Shown: piece by piece, positions 51,231 through 64,000 of the stretch | Numbering within the stretch: the stretch's first letter is position 1 | How the letters are laid out: each line of letters begins with the position of its first letter | Notes under the pieces: model-generated | What the model was told of the DNA's origin: nothing | Databases searched by the model: none | The model's input: only the letters and a program-made list of their open reading frames with translations | NCBI GenBank assembly: GCA_973895155.1 | Contig: OZ316895.1 | Span: forward strand, 5,025,181-5,089,180 | Direction of reading: 5' to 3' | DNA: 64,000 nucleotides | Origin: Marsupella aquatica | Lineage: Eukaryota; Plantae; Marchantiophyta | Translations under genes and position numbers: made by a program

Positions 51231-52295
51231 AAGTCGTAGTGCGAACCTATGGTCTGCTGCTGCAACTGTACTCGTTTTAACTCAAAAATGTTTCAAGATT
51301 TCCAAAGACTCATCTAACCTAAGTCTATGTAATTCTAGGCCTCAGAAACACAGGAATAGAATCTCCCATGGCATCTCCTATTGTAAAATTCTTAGATATC
51401 TACTTTTCCTCGACTTTTATTATTACTATAGTCTGTCATTCAATAGATCGAATTTGATTCGATCCAAGATGAGCTGGACATCCTTCGGTGCTACCAGAGT
51501 TTCCAGAAACACAACAAAACTTTTCTAAGCTACACCGATTGTCTTGAAGAAGTGCACTCTGGACTCTTTACTTTGTTATGTATTGGTAGTTTCCACTGAA
51601 ACACGATTTAGATACATTTCTACAAAGATTTGCACCGTTATTTCTCTTCTCCTGCGAATCCAAAGTTCACGTAAAATTCTTTCTCCCCCTAGCTTAGGTC
51701 ATAATATTATAATAAGCAACTCCACGTTCAAGGCATTCATGAGCGCATCCCTGAGTGGCGGCTCATTGGGCTCCTGCCATCCCAATCATTAGCCTACTTC
51801 TATCCCAATCCAGGTGCGAGATGCACGGGTTATTTTGTGCGTGTAGATAAGCATTATACTCATCACGCTTTTCAGGTGATTTTGTTTATGTGAATCTCCA
51901 TTGCACGCATTTACACTTGTGACTTCTGGTGTGTATTTTTTTTTTGTCTTGAAACGAAATGGGGAGGACATATATCTGGTGTGTTTACGTGCAGTTTCAT
52001 ACTAACGGTGTGTTTGAAAAGAAGAGGAGTCAGTCCTGTTTACACAATTAAGTCCATCTTAATATGTACAACTTCTACCTTTGCTTTAAAAGGAAGGGTT
52101 CAGTCCATCTTACTGGTAATTAGCATGAGAAACTTACTTTTATGGCCTAGGTTTATAGTGAAATCTCTGGCACAGAACTCTGTCTCTGTCACTTAACTTT
52201 GGGAGTGTAAGGAACGGGAACAAAGCACAAATCAATGTGGCTACTACTAAATCTTTATCTTGCAAGGTATTTTTGTATTTATCTACACTTACTGT

Positions 52296-52597
52296 TCACC
52301 TGCAAAAATTAATGTTAGTACAAAATTAGTGTTAGTAATATTAATTTTAGTAAAAATAATTTTTGAGTCCAAGTAACACTCATTTTTGTCTGCTTTTTCA
52401 AAAAAGTTTTTTTTCACTTTAGTTTAAATTGCTTGTAAAAAATGGATGCTCTTGAGTCCAAAGTAACACTAATTGTTTTGGATTTTTCAAAAAATAATTT
52501 CTTTCTCTCTATTTTCTAACTCTTAACACCACAATAACACTAATGCAGAAATAGTGTTAGCATAAAATTAGTGTGACCAACATTAATTTGCAAGTAG
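52296..52597. mobile_element. MITE-like element
   Basis: Imperfect terminal inverted repeats cacctgcaaaaattaatgttagtaca / tgtgaccaacattaatttgcaagtag around an AT-rich interior with repeated agtgttag/taacact. Confidence 0.55.
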
Positions 52598-53861
52598 ACC
52601 CTGAAAATGGGCACTCTCTAATTAGTGTTAGTTACATAATTATGAAGAACAGTGTAGATTTATGTTCAAAACATTGGGTAGTTAGGCTAGTACAATTCAG
52701 TCCATGTTTATGTGACAATTCAATCGCCTGTTGCTCTAGACGAGGAGTCCCGCGAGGAGTCTGCAAAGCTTTCAAAATGAGTATGGAAATTCATAGGATT
52801 TACAGTCTACTATTTCATTCAGATATATTGTAGTACAGAAAGAGTGCAAAAACTAAGATTTGCAATTATCGTCACAATGTTCTGGGCAAATTGTCCACCA
52901 AATGCTAAATGCCCTTGCAACGACTTGAGGAGCTATCGTGGTCCATAATGCTCTGGTAAAGTACGTTAATAGGCAAACAGTCCTAAGAAATACATGTGTG
53001 TTTGTGCCAATTTTAGTAAAAGCTGAGGAAAATTTCCATAAATAATGAGCAGCTGCAAATTTTAACTCTGCATGCTTCATAAATGCCATGCCATTACAGA
53101 GTGAAAGGGCATTGTGTATGCATTAATGTTTATAAGGAAGCTGATAATGTTTGAATATCTAGGTAAGCAATAGTTTATTTGTAAGAAATGGTAATAAATA
53201 ATATATGGGTGGGGTGCCCAAAACAATGGGTCCCCATAACTGATATCAAAATCTAGCATATATGGTGGATGGCATTCCTCCATACAAATCATGATAAAGT
53301 TTGTTATTTTCTTTAAATAATGAGTGCACACAGTAAATTATCACATTTTGATCTGTGTTTCTCAGCAGGGCAAAATAACAATAGGACTTTAGTTGACAAC
53401 TGAGGGAACAAAATGACAACCACTAGGGTAGCCCGCATTGGCTTGGGCTTGATCATAAAATTGGCCCTTTGTCAAAGAAATAGCATTACATGTCGGTAAA
53501 GCGTGCCCATTGGACTTGGGATGGTTGGAAAAGCAATCCAAAGCTAAGCTACAGTGTGTCAGTACCTCTTACTTGTCAATGGACAAATCTTGCCACAAAT
53601 CCAAATAGAATTGTTGCACAGAGACAAACTTACCTGAAATAGCCATCTCACTAGAGTACTTGATTTTGCAAATCTCCGTGTAACAAGGGCCTGAGTCTCC
53701 AAATATTAAAATTAGTCTATATAAGTAATTGTACATATGTATTCAGAAACCAAACTGGTTTTATTATTTTTGGGGGGTAAACCTTGTAAGTTATCTTCTT
53801 GAATAGGAGTGCAATGCCAGTGTAAGAGACCTAGAAGTAGCCAGGGCCCTTGGTGGAGCAT

Positions 53862-54148
53862 TGTTAGAAATTGTGAGCTCAGACAAGACAGCAAATGCAG
53901 AACATAAGAGACATTCAATCACACGCTACATCGACGAGACACCACAAGTGGAGAAACTTCAGAAGTATCCATAGCATATGAAAATGCTCTCCCTCCAACC
54001 TATACCCCTGAGGAGCTTAGATGTGTGGACCTAAACTAAATGAATCTTATCCTAATGTAATCAAGGGTTCACTAACCCTAGTAAGGCCAGGCCAAATTAA
54101 CTAAAGTTAGGAAATCTAGTCAATTTCTAACAATCTCCACCTTGACTC
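53862..54148 (-). mobile_element. 3' LTR (271 bp) plus polypurine tract of a Copia-like retrotransposon
   Basis: Perfect 12-bp terminal inverted repeat TGTTAGAAATTG (53862) / CAATTTCTAACA (54121-54132). The minus strand reads gagtcaaggtggagat immediately before TGTTAG, a typical PPT-LTR junction. Confidence 0.8.
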
Positions 54149-54627
54149 CAGTTTAACACAATGAGTTATGTGAAACTCAAAATGTAACAAACTTTGTGGC
54201 ATATTTACATAAACATACTGACCAACCAAATGAGAAGTATGACCTGCTAACGAGAAGTGTATTTTTGATTTTGCAAAAAATGGTGGAAATTGCACTTTAT
54301 TTTGCAAAAACTCAGTTTGACACAAAATCCAATTTCTGATCCATTATGTGATTCCAAATATGGATCATTTTTTTCCAAAAATGTCGTACTAGGGAAATAT
54401 CCAAATTCGTTACACTTACCCATTTTTGCTAGGAATATCTTTGGTTTGCTAAAACCAAGGCTAAAACAACTCTTATCCCTTAGTTACTATTTTTTTGCAT
54501 CTCAATGCCATCAAACCAAAACGTCAGAAAACTCAAGAATTGGCCTCTTTTGCTTCAAAAGGATTCTTAAAAGTAGATACACCGTATCCACTTTCTGATT
54601 CAAACTGGTCATTCCTGCCCAATCAAG

Positions 54628-55292
54628 TTTGACTCCAAAAATACAATAGAATACCAAACTCCATTGGTGGATCCATTTTTTCCAACTAACTCCAAAAATG
54701 TAATATGAATACCAAACTGGATCAGTGGATCCATTTTTCCGACCAACTCCAAAAATGCAATATGAATACCAAACTGGATCGCTCGATCCACTTTAATTTT
54801 CCCATTGACTACAAAAATGCAATATGAATACCAAACTCCATTGGTGGATCCATTTTTTCCAACTGACTCCAAAAATGTAATATGAATACCAAACTGGACC
54901 GGTGGATCCATTCTTTTCGACCAACTCCAAAAATGTAATATGAATACCAAATTGGATCGCTCAATCCACTTTTTCCCATCAACTCCAAAAATGCAATATG
55001 AATACCAAACTGGATTGCTGGATCCATTTTCGAATTGACTCCAAAAATGAAATATGAATTATACCAAACTGGATTGATAAATTCATTTTTTACGATCGAC
55101 TTCAAAAATACAATATGAATACCAAACTCCATTGGGGGATCCATTTTTCCAACCCACTCCAAAAATGCAATATAAAACCAAAAATGCAATATAAAACCAA
55201 AAAGGCATTTTTGGATCGACTCCAAAAATACAACATGAATACCAAATTGGATCGATGGATCCATTTCTCCAACCAACTCCAAAAATGCAATA
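54628..55292. repeat. Minisatellite, ~58-60 bp unit, ~11 copies
   Basis: Consensus approximately actccaaaaatgcaatatgaataccaaactggatcggtggatccattttttccaacca. Confidence 0.95.
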
Positions 55293-57889
55293 TTAATACA
55301 ACAATTCGGACTACAATAATGGATTGGTGGACCTATTTTTTCCGTCCACCTTAAAAAATGCTTTCAACTGAATTGCACCTTGCCTTCTAGAGTTGATTGT
55401 AGTTGGCTAATGATAACCACAGTCAAGCAATATATTGGAATGATCAAACAAGTGATGTAAATTTTGGACACTTACATGGGTTAGGGCTTTTTGAGCGCCC
55501 AAAACGCTTGTTTGATCAGACAATGGATACATGGATCCACTTTTGTATTCAATTGTTATTTTCTTTGAATTTTTTCTATCAAAGGGCTTTTTCCTCACAA
55601 ATACCACATCTGTATCGGACCATTTTTTGCCTTAGAATGTTTTTGAGCGCTAGGAAAATGAAAAGTGTGTTCTCGTGTGGTCGGTCAGTGTGTTTTAGAC
55701 TAGCATTGGGAGCTAATTGGGTCATGAGAAGGGGCAAGCTTAGGGTGGACTGTCTGGACCCTCAAACAAACTCTAAGTTATGAGGGCTTGAGTGAGAGCT
55801 CCTCTTGAATGGGCCCAAAGCTAAGGAAGTTTAGTTCATGCATGATCTTCCATTTGTCCTCCATTCTTTTATGTTTGTGATGTTGGATTGTGACTATGCT
55901 TGGATATGTGTGACAAGCGATGTGCATTGTGTACCAAGTGTATGCACACAACACATTGTAGGTAAAGTTCACAAACAAGAAAAAGATGCATGAGGGTCAG
56001 AAATGTGAGGAGAGCAACATTTGGAAACAGTGTTTTTATTTCAGGAAATTGAAAGACAAAATTGATAGTGATGCTTTAAGTATAGTAGCACTTTGCTGAA
56101 GCTGTTGTTTAAAATGTTAAAACACTGATGCATCAGTATGAACAAACAATTTCAAGTGATTCATTGATAGTTGATTTTATTTTTCCTGAAGTTGAAGAGT
56201 AACTATGACGGTTAAATTTTGTTTTTTTGCCCACGGCTCTGTGTTGGTTGGAATGTTGTTGGTTTTTTTTTCAAAAAATTTATGTTCCCAATTTGCATAA
56301 CCATTTTTGGGGGCATTGAACCAAACACAAACGGGTGTCTGTGAAAATTCCAAACATGCACTTTCGGCTTAGGGTGGAAATTGGCGACATGGTGTAATGA
56401 CATGCCAAGAATTCTGCAAAGAACATGTCATGGGGTTTTGTAAGCATGTAACTACGTTTATTATTGCATGTAACTAGGATACAAGTGGTCCCAAACAGAT
56501 GGAAACATGGTGACAAACCACTCAAGAAATGGACCAGAAACTGACGGAGAAACTGACAAAACATTGACTGGATACAAAACTGTATACAATCCGTATATCC
56601 TACTTTGCATTCACCTCACTAGCTTAATTTTCAACCTGTCTACTGAAAAGAAGCAAAGGTGGGTAAAAGTGCCCTGATTACTGGACCTGCCAGAATATTC
56701 AAATTTATACTCTGCAATTGCTAAATTTAGATAATGTGGTTTAAAAAAATATTTGTTTAAATATCATAGTAGTTAGTTATGGTTAACCACAACTAACATT
56801 AAAATATGTAAATAGAAAAGAAGATTGTACTCTCATTTTTTTGGCCCAAGTTTATTCATGATCATCTTCAGGAATTGCAGACCCGATTGCAGATCTGAAT
56901 GCAGATCAGTATTCAGGAAAACAACAACAAATGCAAGGTCAGAATTTAACCAGTTTTTTTTGCATCCATTTCAGTTTTCTTGGACTTATAAGTTTAGGTG
57001 CGATTGCGCAGATGCCAATTCGTCCAAGTTTTAGGCTCTTGATAAGAAACAACACTCACACTAGTGCTTGGCAGTTAGTAATTCAAGATGCGGTCCTCCC
57101 ATTCCATATTTGAAGTCAAAGTGTTGGGGTTCTCAAAAGGAACATGTGGATTAGCCCTTAGCTGTGCAAACTAAGTTCCAGGGAGAGAAAACAATTATCC
57201 GGATTGGCCTTAGGAATCTTAGGAATCCAAAGTTAGTGAGATCTGCAAAAATCCCATTTCATATTCAGAGTCAATTTTTCAGAGTCCCAAGAGGAATGAG
57301 GCAAAATCACGTGACTAAAGAATTCAATGTGGGATATGTAGATCCCATTAAGTTTCCTTCTTGACCTCAGAGTTTGAGGGTCCTAATAGGAAAGAGTCAG
57401 ATTTGCGCTGCAATTTGCGCCTAGGAATTTGAAGTCAGATCTCATTTCATATTTAATTGAGCTCAAAAGTTCCAGGCCCCTGATAAGGAGCATGGGGGTT
57501 TGCACTTAAGAATCTAAGGTTGGAGTCACAGTCAGATCCCATTTTGTGTTCCTCCAAGAGTTTTGGGGTCTTTCTAGAGGAAGGAAATGGATTACCCCTT
57601 ACAAACTCGTTTTGATCCACAATGAAGTAAGTTGATGAGTTTATTATAGGTCATCTTGTTTTAATGGGAGTTGTTTTAAAATGCAATCCAATCAATAGTT
57701 GTTGATGAAAGACTCACAATTGGTCCAATAATTGTACACATGTTAGAGGTTGTTCCCAGAGCTAAGAAGTTACCCAATTTTGTAACCTCCAGCTGAGACA
57801 ATTGATACAAGAGGCCACCAACATTGCATATTGTGAAATGTGGATGTGGCAGATGTTTTTAATTTAAAAAATCTGGCAAAGAGTCTCCA

Positions 57890-58088
57890 AAGTTTCCCCA
57901 AGGGTTTCACTTTCACAAAAATGGCACATCACATGCGACTAAAGATAGGTTCATTTTATTAGTTTGAAGGAAAGACTTAAAAATTATTGCAAAAGAATAA
58001 TATGGTCTTTTAAATTCAGTTTCAAGACTTATAAGAACATTAGGCTTTTTCTAACCAAATTTCAAGAATATTCCAACTTTATAGGGGT
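57890..58088 (-). repeat. Dispersed repeat copy 3
   Basis: gggtttcactttcacaaaaatggcacatcacatgcgac...gaatattccaactttataggg is the reverse complement of 44730-44920. Confidence 0.8.
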
Positions 58089-61000
58089 TGAAAAATAATA
58101 ATTTTTTCTTACATTTTAGGGGGTTCGAGGCCTAAAAATGTCGCAAGGGATAAGGAGGCATCCATATAGTGAGACCCCCGAGGAGTTTCCCAGTGCTAGT
58201 GTTTTAATTCAAGGATTTTACCATGCGTTCCAAGTGGGTTGTGGAGGAAGTTCAAATTTTGTATGTTGTTGGTCATTCTCAACAGATTGCAATAGGTGTT
58301 GTCATATTTCCTTTTGATTCAGGTGCTAGGGATGTTAAAATTCTTGGGCCGGATAATGTTGGGATACTTGCTTGAAATATCAATGATCCTACATTGTGTT
58401 CCAAATATCTGCCCTGGTGTTTCCCTATGCTGACTTTGACTCAACATTTCCTTGAGATATTGTTGAAGAATTTTATGAGAAGTAAATGTCCTTGGGTTGA
58501 GATGATATTGACCGGGATTAGGGAGGTGACAACCGGCCACCAAGAGTTTAACTGCATCAAATAACAAAAGTGGACTGTAAAGGAAGAGTGCCACATCTTG
58601 AGTCAAGGGAAACAAATTTTGAAAACAAAGATTCCACCAATTCCAAGCATTAAGGCTATCCAAATTGAAGTATTGTCTAAACAGGCCTAGGGAGAACTTT
58701 GGGGGCTATAAGAATAGTACCACCATGTCAAGTGACAACAAAATCACTCACATATGCGGTCTGTTAGGTTATAGAGAGGAGAAAGTTAGGAGAAAATAAT
58801 GTTTTGTACTAAAAGATCACTATTTGTGAGGGTACCTTATGAAAATGCACTCTTGAGTTAGGCAAGTACAAAAGTAGAACAGTCCTTTAATCTACTTAAT
58901 TTTGGTTGCACACTTCACAGGCGTGAGGAAAACTATAGTTGATTGACCTCTAAATTCAAAAGTGTGACTTGATGGAACCCATGGGACCCCATGAGATTTT
59001 GGATATGTTGTTTTGAGGTTTATAAGAGTCTGGATCACTCATGGGGTCCATCACATATTAACAATTTTCATTTTTGGGGGTCCACCAAAAATATCTCTTA
59101 TCCACTTGATTGCAAGTTGTTCAGATGTACCGAGCCTTAGCTCAATGTGGACATAATAAACTACAGTATTGTCCTACACTATGACTCTTGAGATCTTTTT
59201 AATTTCTAAAATCTACTTTTGGTAATAAGAGCTTTGACAGGTCAAATACACCGTATACTATGAAAGACACGAAGTTATCCTAAAATAATAATTGATTTTA
59301 TCATGACACGTAGTGATATTGTCATATTTTAACATGCTGGAACTTTTCCAATAAGTGGTGGTGTTTTTCCTTTGGACATAGTATACCCCAATCACTAACT
59401 TTTGGGAAATGGAAAGACTTGGGCTCCCATCCAAACACATAATCCAAATTTTATTTCAATAGATACTTTTGTAACAATGAGATTCAACAATGGACTCGGT
59501 TGGGAGGGATTTGCTTGGTGGGATCCCAAAACAAATTGCGCTACTTGATAGGACCCCTGAAGTTTTAGGTACATTGATTCAAGGTCAATAAAGTGTATGG
59601 ATCACTCAGGGGTCATATCAAGTAACACATTTCATTTTGGAGTCGATTAAGCATCCCTTACTTAGTTGGTAGACTCTAACTCAGAGAAACAATCCTACCA
59701 AGTAACACATATCATTTTGGAGTCTGATAAAGCAAATCCCTCATTGGGATGCTACACTCTAACCACGAAAGACATAGATACTGAATTCGCAATAATTCCA
59801 TTCCCAGCCAAACAAATTATCCTAACTCTTTTCACTTTCATAAATGCTTCAATGTCAACTTGGAGAATGGACAATACAATTTCTTACGGTGCTGGACTCC
59901 TGCATTGTCACAAACCGCTTTCGTTCTCGAAATTTGGCCGCAGGTCTGCAGTACTGCTTGACAGGGTTGACAGGAGCTTGGTGAACATTATTCACAGTGA
60001 GTTCCACATAAATGCGGCTTACATTCTACCCTTGCGCAGTGTGCACCGGAAGATAGGATGGAGTACGACCAAATTCGCGTGACTTTACTCGAATCGATTA
60101 AGAGGGACTCATTTCTTGTCATCACGAAGCTAGGAACAATCATTGCTCGAGAACACAAGATGACATTGCGTTGGAATCGGGTTAGAACTTAGAAGGCTCG
60201 AGAATGAGTGAATGAATGCACACGAAGTGAGGTAGTTAATCGCGTAATACAGTACAACTATCATGCAGAGTACTGTCATTAGTGCACTCTGATCAGCCTC
60301 ACTTGAAAGGACCGAAGTACCAAAGGAAACCACTGTTTGTCTGTACGTGAAGCTGCAGATCCGAAGGACGCACATTGATTATCGACCGTAACAGCCATCA
60401 ACCATTCCCCAAGGTGAAATTGCGGCCGATAATGAGCCTATCTGTCTCGTCGTGCTGGTGGCAGTCATGCAGCAACCGGTTCCTACCAGATAACCAGAGC
60501 CTGTACTGTGTCTGCTAAACTCCTTCACTCATTCACTCAGGCAAAACCTACTAACGTTGAATTTCAAGCCAAAACAAAAAACCTGTACAATGTGTACTGT
60601 GTACTTATATATTGCAATTATTCAGTTCATTGTCATGCGAGCATCCTTTGAAAATATTTGACTCCAGAATTTTGAACTAGGTGTTCCTTGATTTGACAAA
60701 ATTCTACAAGAGAGGTATTGATGGCTTCGATTGAATTTAATTGGAGCATGAAATCAATTCTTCAAATGAACCCAGATCTACGGCAACATTGACAAACAAC
60801 TCAACCCACAATTGCAACCTGCATGGATAGTTGATGTGTTTTGGAATAGAAGTAGTAATTTCTAATGAATAAATGGTCACACTTTTAGGTCTAGAAAGCT
60901 ACAACACTGTTCACCATAAAATTGGCTTTAGCCTGGGTCCATAAGTAATGTTGGTAACCATGATTTAAGCGTGGGGCCTGCTTGAATTAAAACGAAGACT

Positions 61001-61123
61001 AATTGTTATTAAGTGTTGGGATAAGACTCGTTCAATTTAGAATTCCATGAATGAGATCAATTGGCATTGGTCAAGTCCTGCCAGTGAACTCTACTGGCAT
61101 TGTTTGGCAAGCAGTGTAGCCAC

Positions 61124-61296
61124 GTTGAGTCTAGCCCTATTGTGGCTATGATGCTATGTTCCGTAGCTAGAACTTCTCTTTTCCTTGTTGAGTCTAGCCC
61201 TGTCGAGGCTATGTTCCGTAGCTAGAACTTCTCTTTTCCTTGTTGAGTCTAGCCCTGTTGAGGCTATGTTCCCTAGCCAGAACTTCTCTTTTCCTA
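61124..61296. repeat. ~55-bp tandem repeat, 3 copies
   Basis: gttgagtctagccct...gctatgttccgtagctagaacttctcttttcct starting at 61124, 61187 and 61242. Confidence 0.92.
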
Positions 61297-62371
61297 GTGA
61301 TCCAGGGTGCATGAAACAGGCTCTCTTCCCTAGCTGTCAGAGGTCAAGCACAATGCCTTTGTATCTGTGTATTGGAAAACTCCATTATTTGAATGAAGCA
61401 TTGGCCCTGAACATTTGGCTTCTTTCAATGGATTTTGCTTGAGTATTACGTGACTCTCCAAATAGAATTATGCCCGAACTGAATCAGTGTTGCACTAATG
61501 TTATTTGTTCCATGGAATATTAGTGTGTACCTATTGAAAAGTAAACCCAAAAATTGCCTACTCCTGTTAGCTGAAGCTGCTGTATAAACGCATCACTAAG
61601 TGTCCGTGGTTCCTAAAATTCATTTTTTGGCATTTGTGATTTGTGCGGTGTTGGACGTCGTAGCAAGCATCGATAGCAGCAGAGCTCTCACTACGATGTG
61701 AAACGAACCTGCAGCTGGGTGGGAGTGATGAATGTCCAGCATCATCGAAGCAAGCATCGAGATCGACAAGATGCAAGTCGTCAGCAGCAGCACCCAGAAA
61801 AATGAATGAAAAATGATGCCCATCATCGCTACGTTAGCACAGAGACCTATGAGCCAGCCGAAACGACCGCCAATAGCGCAAATGAACACAACTTCATGCA
61901 CACATATGAGTGTTAGTAATAGTAAATGAGGTGAACAGTGTAATCCCTGTCGCTCTTGCAATGAAATTATTGTAAAGAAATGAAGTGATGGTATAGTGAG
62001 TGTCTGAGAAGAAATTAGCCGCAAGGGGCCCACCTAGCAAATTCCTCAGTCCAAGCGATTCGCATCCAAACTGAAAATGGAGAACTCCCCAAGGTAATGA
62101 TTCACTAACGGTAGCAGCGAATTGAATGCCATTTGGCCTGCTTCTGTACATCAGCAAGCCACAATCTCTCCTGATGGTGGGCTCGCATTAATCCACACTT
62201 CCAAAGCGGTAAGAAAAGCGAGCTGATGAATGCTCAATGAGTCCAAACTTAATTATTCGCTTATTATGGCGGGCTCCTATTACTCCAAACGATTCAGTTG
62301 TGGTGGGCTTCGATGGCAATGTCATCACATCTGCCATAATTATGCTAATTGCCAACAACTTTCCTGCATTG

Positions 62372-62522
62372 ATTCATGCTCAAAATTCTCCCCCCGGGAC
62401 TTGTGGAGCCATCTGGCCTGGCGGCCTGACTCTAGTCAGATTGCTACAGCATTAATTCATGCTCAAAATTCCCGCCCCGGCGCTTGTGGAGCCATCTGGC
62501 CTGGCGGCCTCATTCTAGTCAG
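62372..62522. repeat. 83-bp period tandem duplication
   Basis: attcatgctcaaaatt...cttgtggagccatctggcctggcggcct..tctagtcag at 62372 and 62455. Confidence 0.9.
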
Positions 62523-62897
62523 CTCGCTGCAGGCTATGAAGTTCTATGGGCCACATAGGTGCTGTAACGCCACGACTGCATTTCCGCTGGCGGAATCAAA
62601 ATCCTGGACAAGCTTCAATGGAGTCAGTTGCTGCATTTCAATTTTAATGCTGGCTTTAATGAATACGGTCGTTCCTCCGCCCATAACAACCTGACTGTAT
62701 ACTAATAAGACGAGAGATTGGGCTCCCCAAAGCTGCAACACACCTGAAATCATCGAGATCACCAAACCGGTTAGGTAGCAACTTACCGTGAATCCGTGAT
62801 GCTGGAACACGGCGCCATGTAACTGTGTGGCTTATATCACATAACATATTTCACGAATGCACAATCTTGTTCCACTACCACTATCATATATCTCTTG

Positions 62898-63345
62898 ATG
62901 GTAATATAAGGTGTGCACTCATTGATTTAACTAGAGATTTAACTAGAGTGTGAAAATTAGACACCATTTGTTTAATTAATTAAAATATGGTAATATAAAG
63001 TATGCACTCATTGATTTAACTAGAGTGTGAAAATCAAGCACCATTTGTTTATAATTAATCAAAATATGATAATATAAGGTGTGCACTCATTGATCTAACT
63101 AGAGTGTGAAAATCAGATACCATTTTTTTAGAATTAAACCTCCACTAGAGAAGACAAAAACCTGGTATATGCAGATTTATAAGTTTGGTGCATTCTCAGC
63201 CAAGTTCACACATCAAGGTAATATATGGTGTGCACTCATTGATTTAACTAGAGTGTGAAAACCAGGTCCCATTTGTCTAGAATTTAGTTGCCACTAGCAA
63301 AGACAAAAACCTGGTATATGCAGATTTCTAAGTTTGGTGCATTCT
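62898..63345. repeat. Tandem array, ~80-90 bp unit, 4 copies with a second nested unit
   Basis: ggtaatataaggtgtgcactcattgatttaactagagtgtgaaaa at ~62898, 62988, 63068, 63218; aagacaaaaacctggtatatgcagattt.taagtttggtgcattct at ~63151 and ~63300. Confidence 0.92.
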
Positions 63346-64000
63346 TTACACTTTTTGGAAGAAATATACTTATCTGACCCTAAGTGTAATCTTTAATGGG
63401 GCCTGTGAATGGGGCCTGCAAATGGGATAGTAGAAATACTAGCAATTTTTTCCAAAAATGGTGAAGACTTTTGGGGAGGTGGAATCTAAGCATTTGCAAT
63501 TAAAAAAACCCTGGTGGACCTCCAAAGAAATTAAACCTTCTATCTTAAGCAACCAAAAGATGGATATTTTGTCCCAATGGACCTATCTGTCCCTAGATTT
63601 GTGCCAGTGGACCTCCGGGCCCATCTGAGATACCATTTCATGCCAAAAGTCTTTGTAGCACAATTTGCAGTCCTTGTAATGCAAGAAAGTCACTATAAAA
63701 CGCAGGATGGTTGACTCTCCATGTTGTCAAGCGCGTTTGACTACAACCACAACGTCAATTGAACCATTTGGTGTGCACCGCAACACTATACTGAGCATTG
63801 CAATTTGGACTTGTATACATTGACAACAACTTATACACAGTTAGAGAAATGGGTTATGGCAACCGTAGCATAGGTGCGTAAAATCAAAATGAATACATGC
63901 ATATCTTGAACAGAATAATATATATTATGCACAATGTGTTCAGTCTAAGTCCCACCAAATTGCAAACATAAACTTGGATTAGTTCAATGATAATTTCTGG

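Noticed and set aside
54628-55292. CRISPR-like appearance of regularly spaced repeats
   Set aside because: Whole units are homologous with no unique spacers, there are no cas genes, and the context is eukaryotic. The repetitive ORFs here are by-products.

Overview
Eukaryotic nuclear DNA, most likely from a non-seed land plant (inferred from NBR1 divergence, PPR debris and hydrolase-type NLR remnants). The only clearly intact gene is an NBR1/JOKA2-type selective-autophagy receptor (CDS 9643-11799, +; PB1-ZZ-FW-UBA-WDPI-UBA) with no intron in its CDS. The main hidden structure is a ~20.5 kb block (~30690-51250) that the ORF track does not reveal. It holds five decayed copies, in two subfamilies (here alpha and beta), of a gene with NB-ARC and LRR remnants and an N-terminal region resembling a class-3 lipase (alpha/beta-hydrolase). 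The copies form two head-to-head alpha/beta pairs in nested inverted repeats, with a ~910 bp tract over the NB-ARC region that is identical between the two beta arms. The rest is PPR pseudogene fragments, a tRNA-derived SINE, Ty3/gypsy RT and Copia-type LTR remnants, MITE-like elements, minisatellites and an extreme AT island. All alignments and translations were done by eye, so boundaries are approximate.
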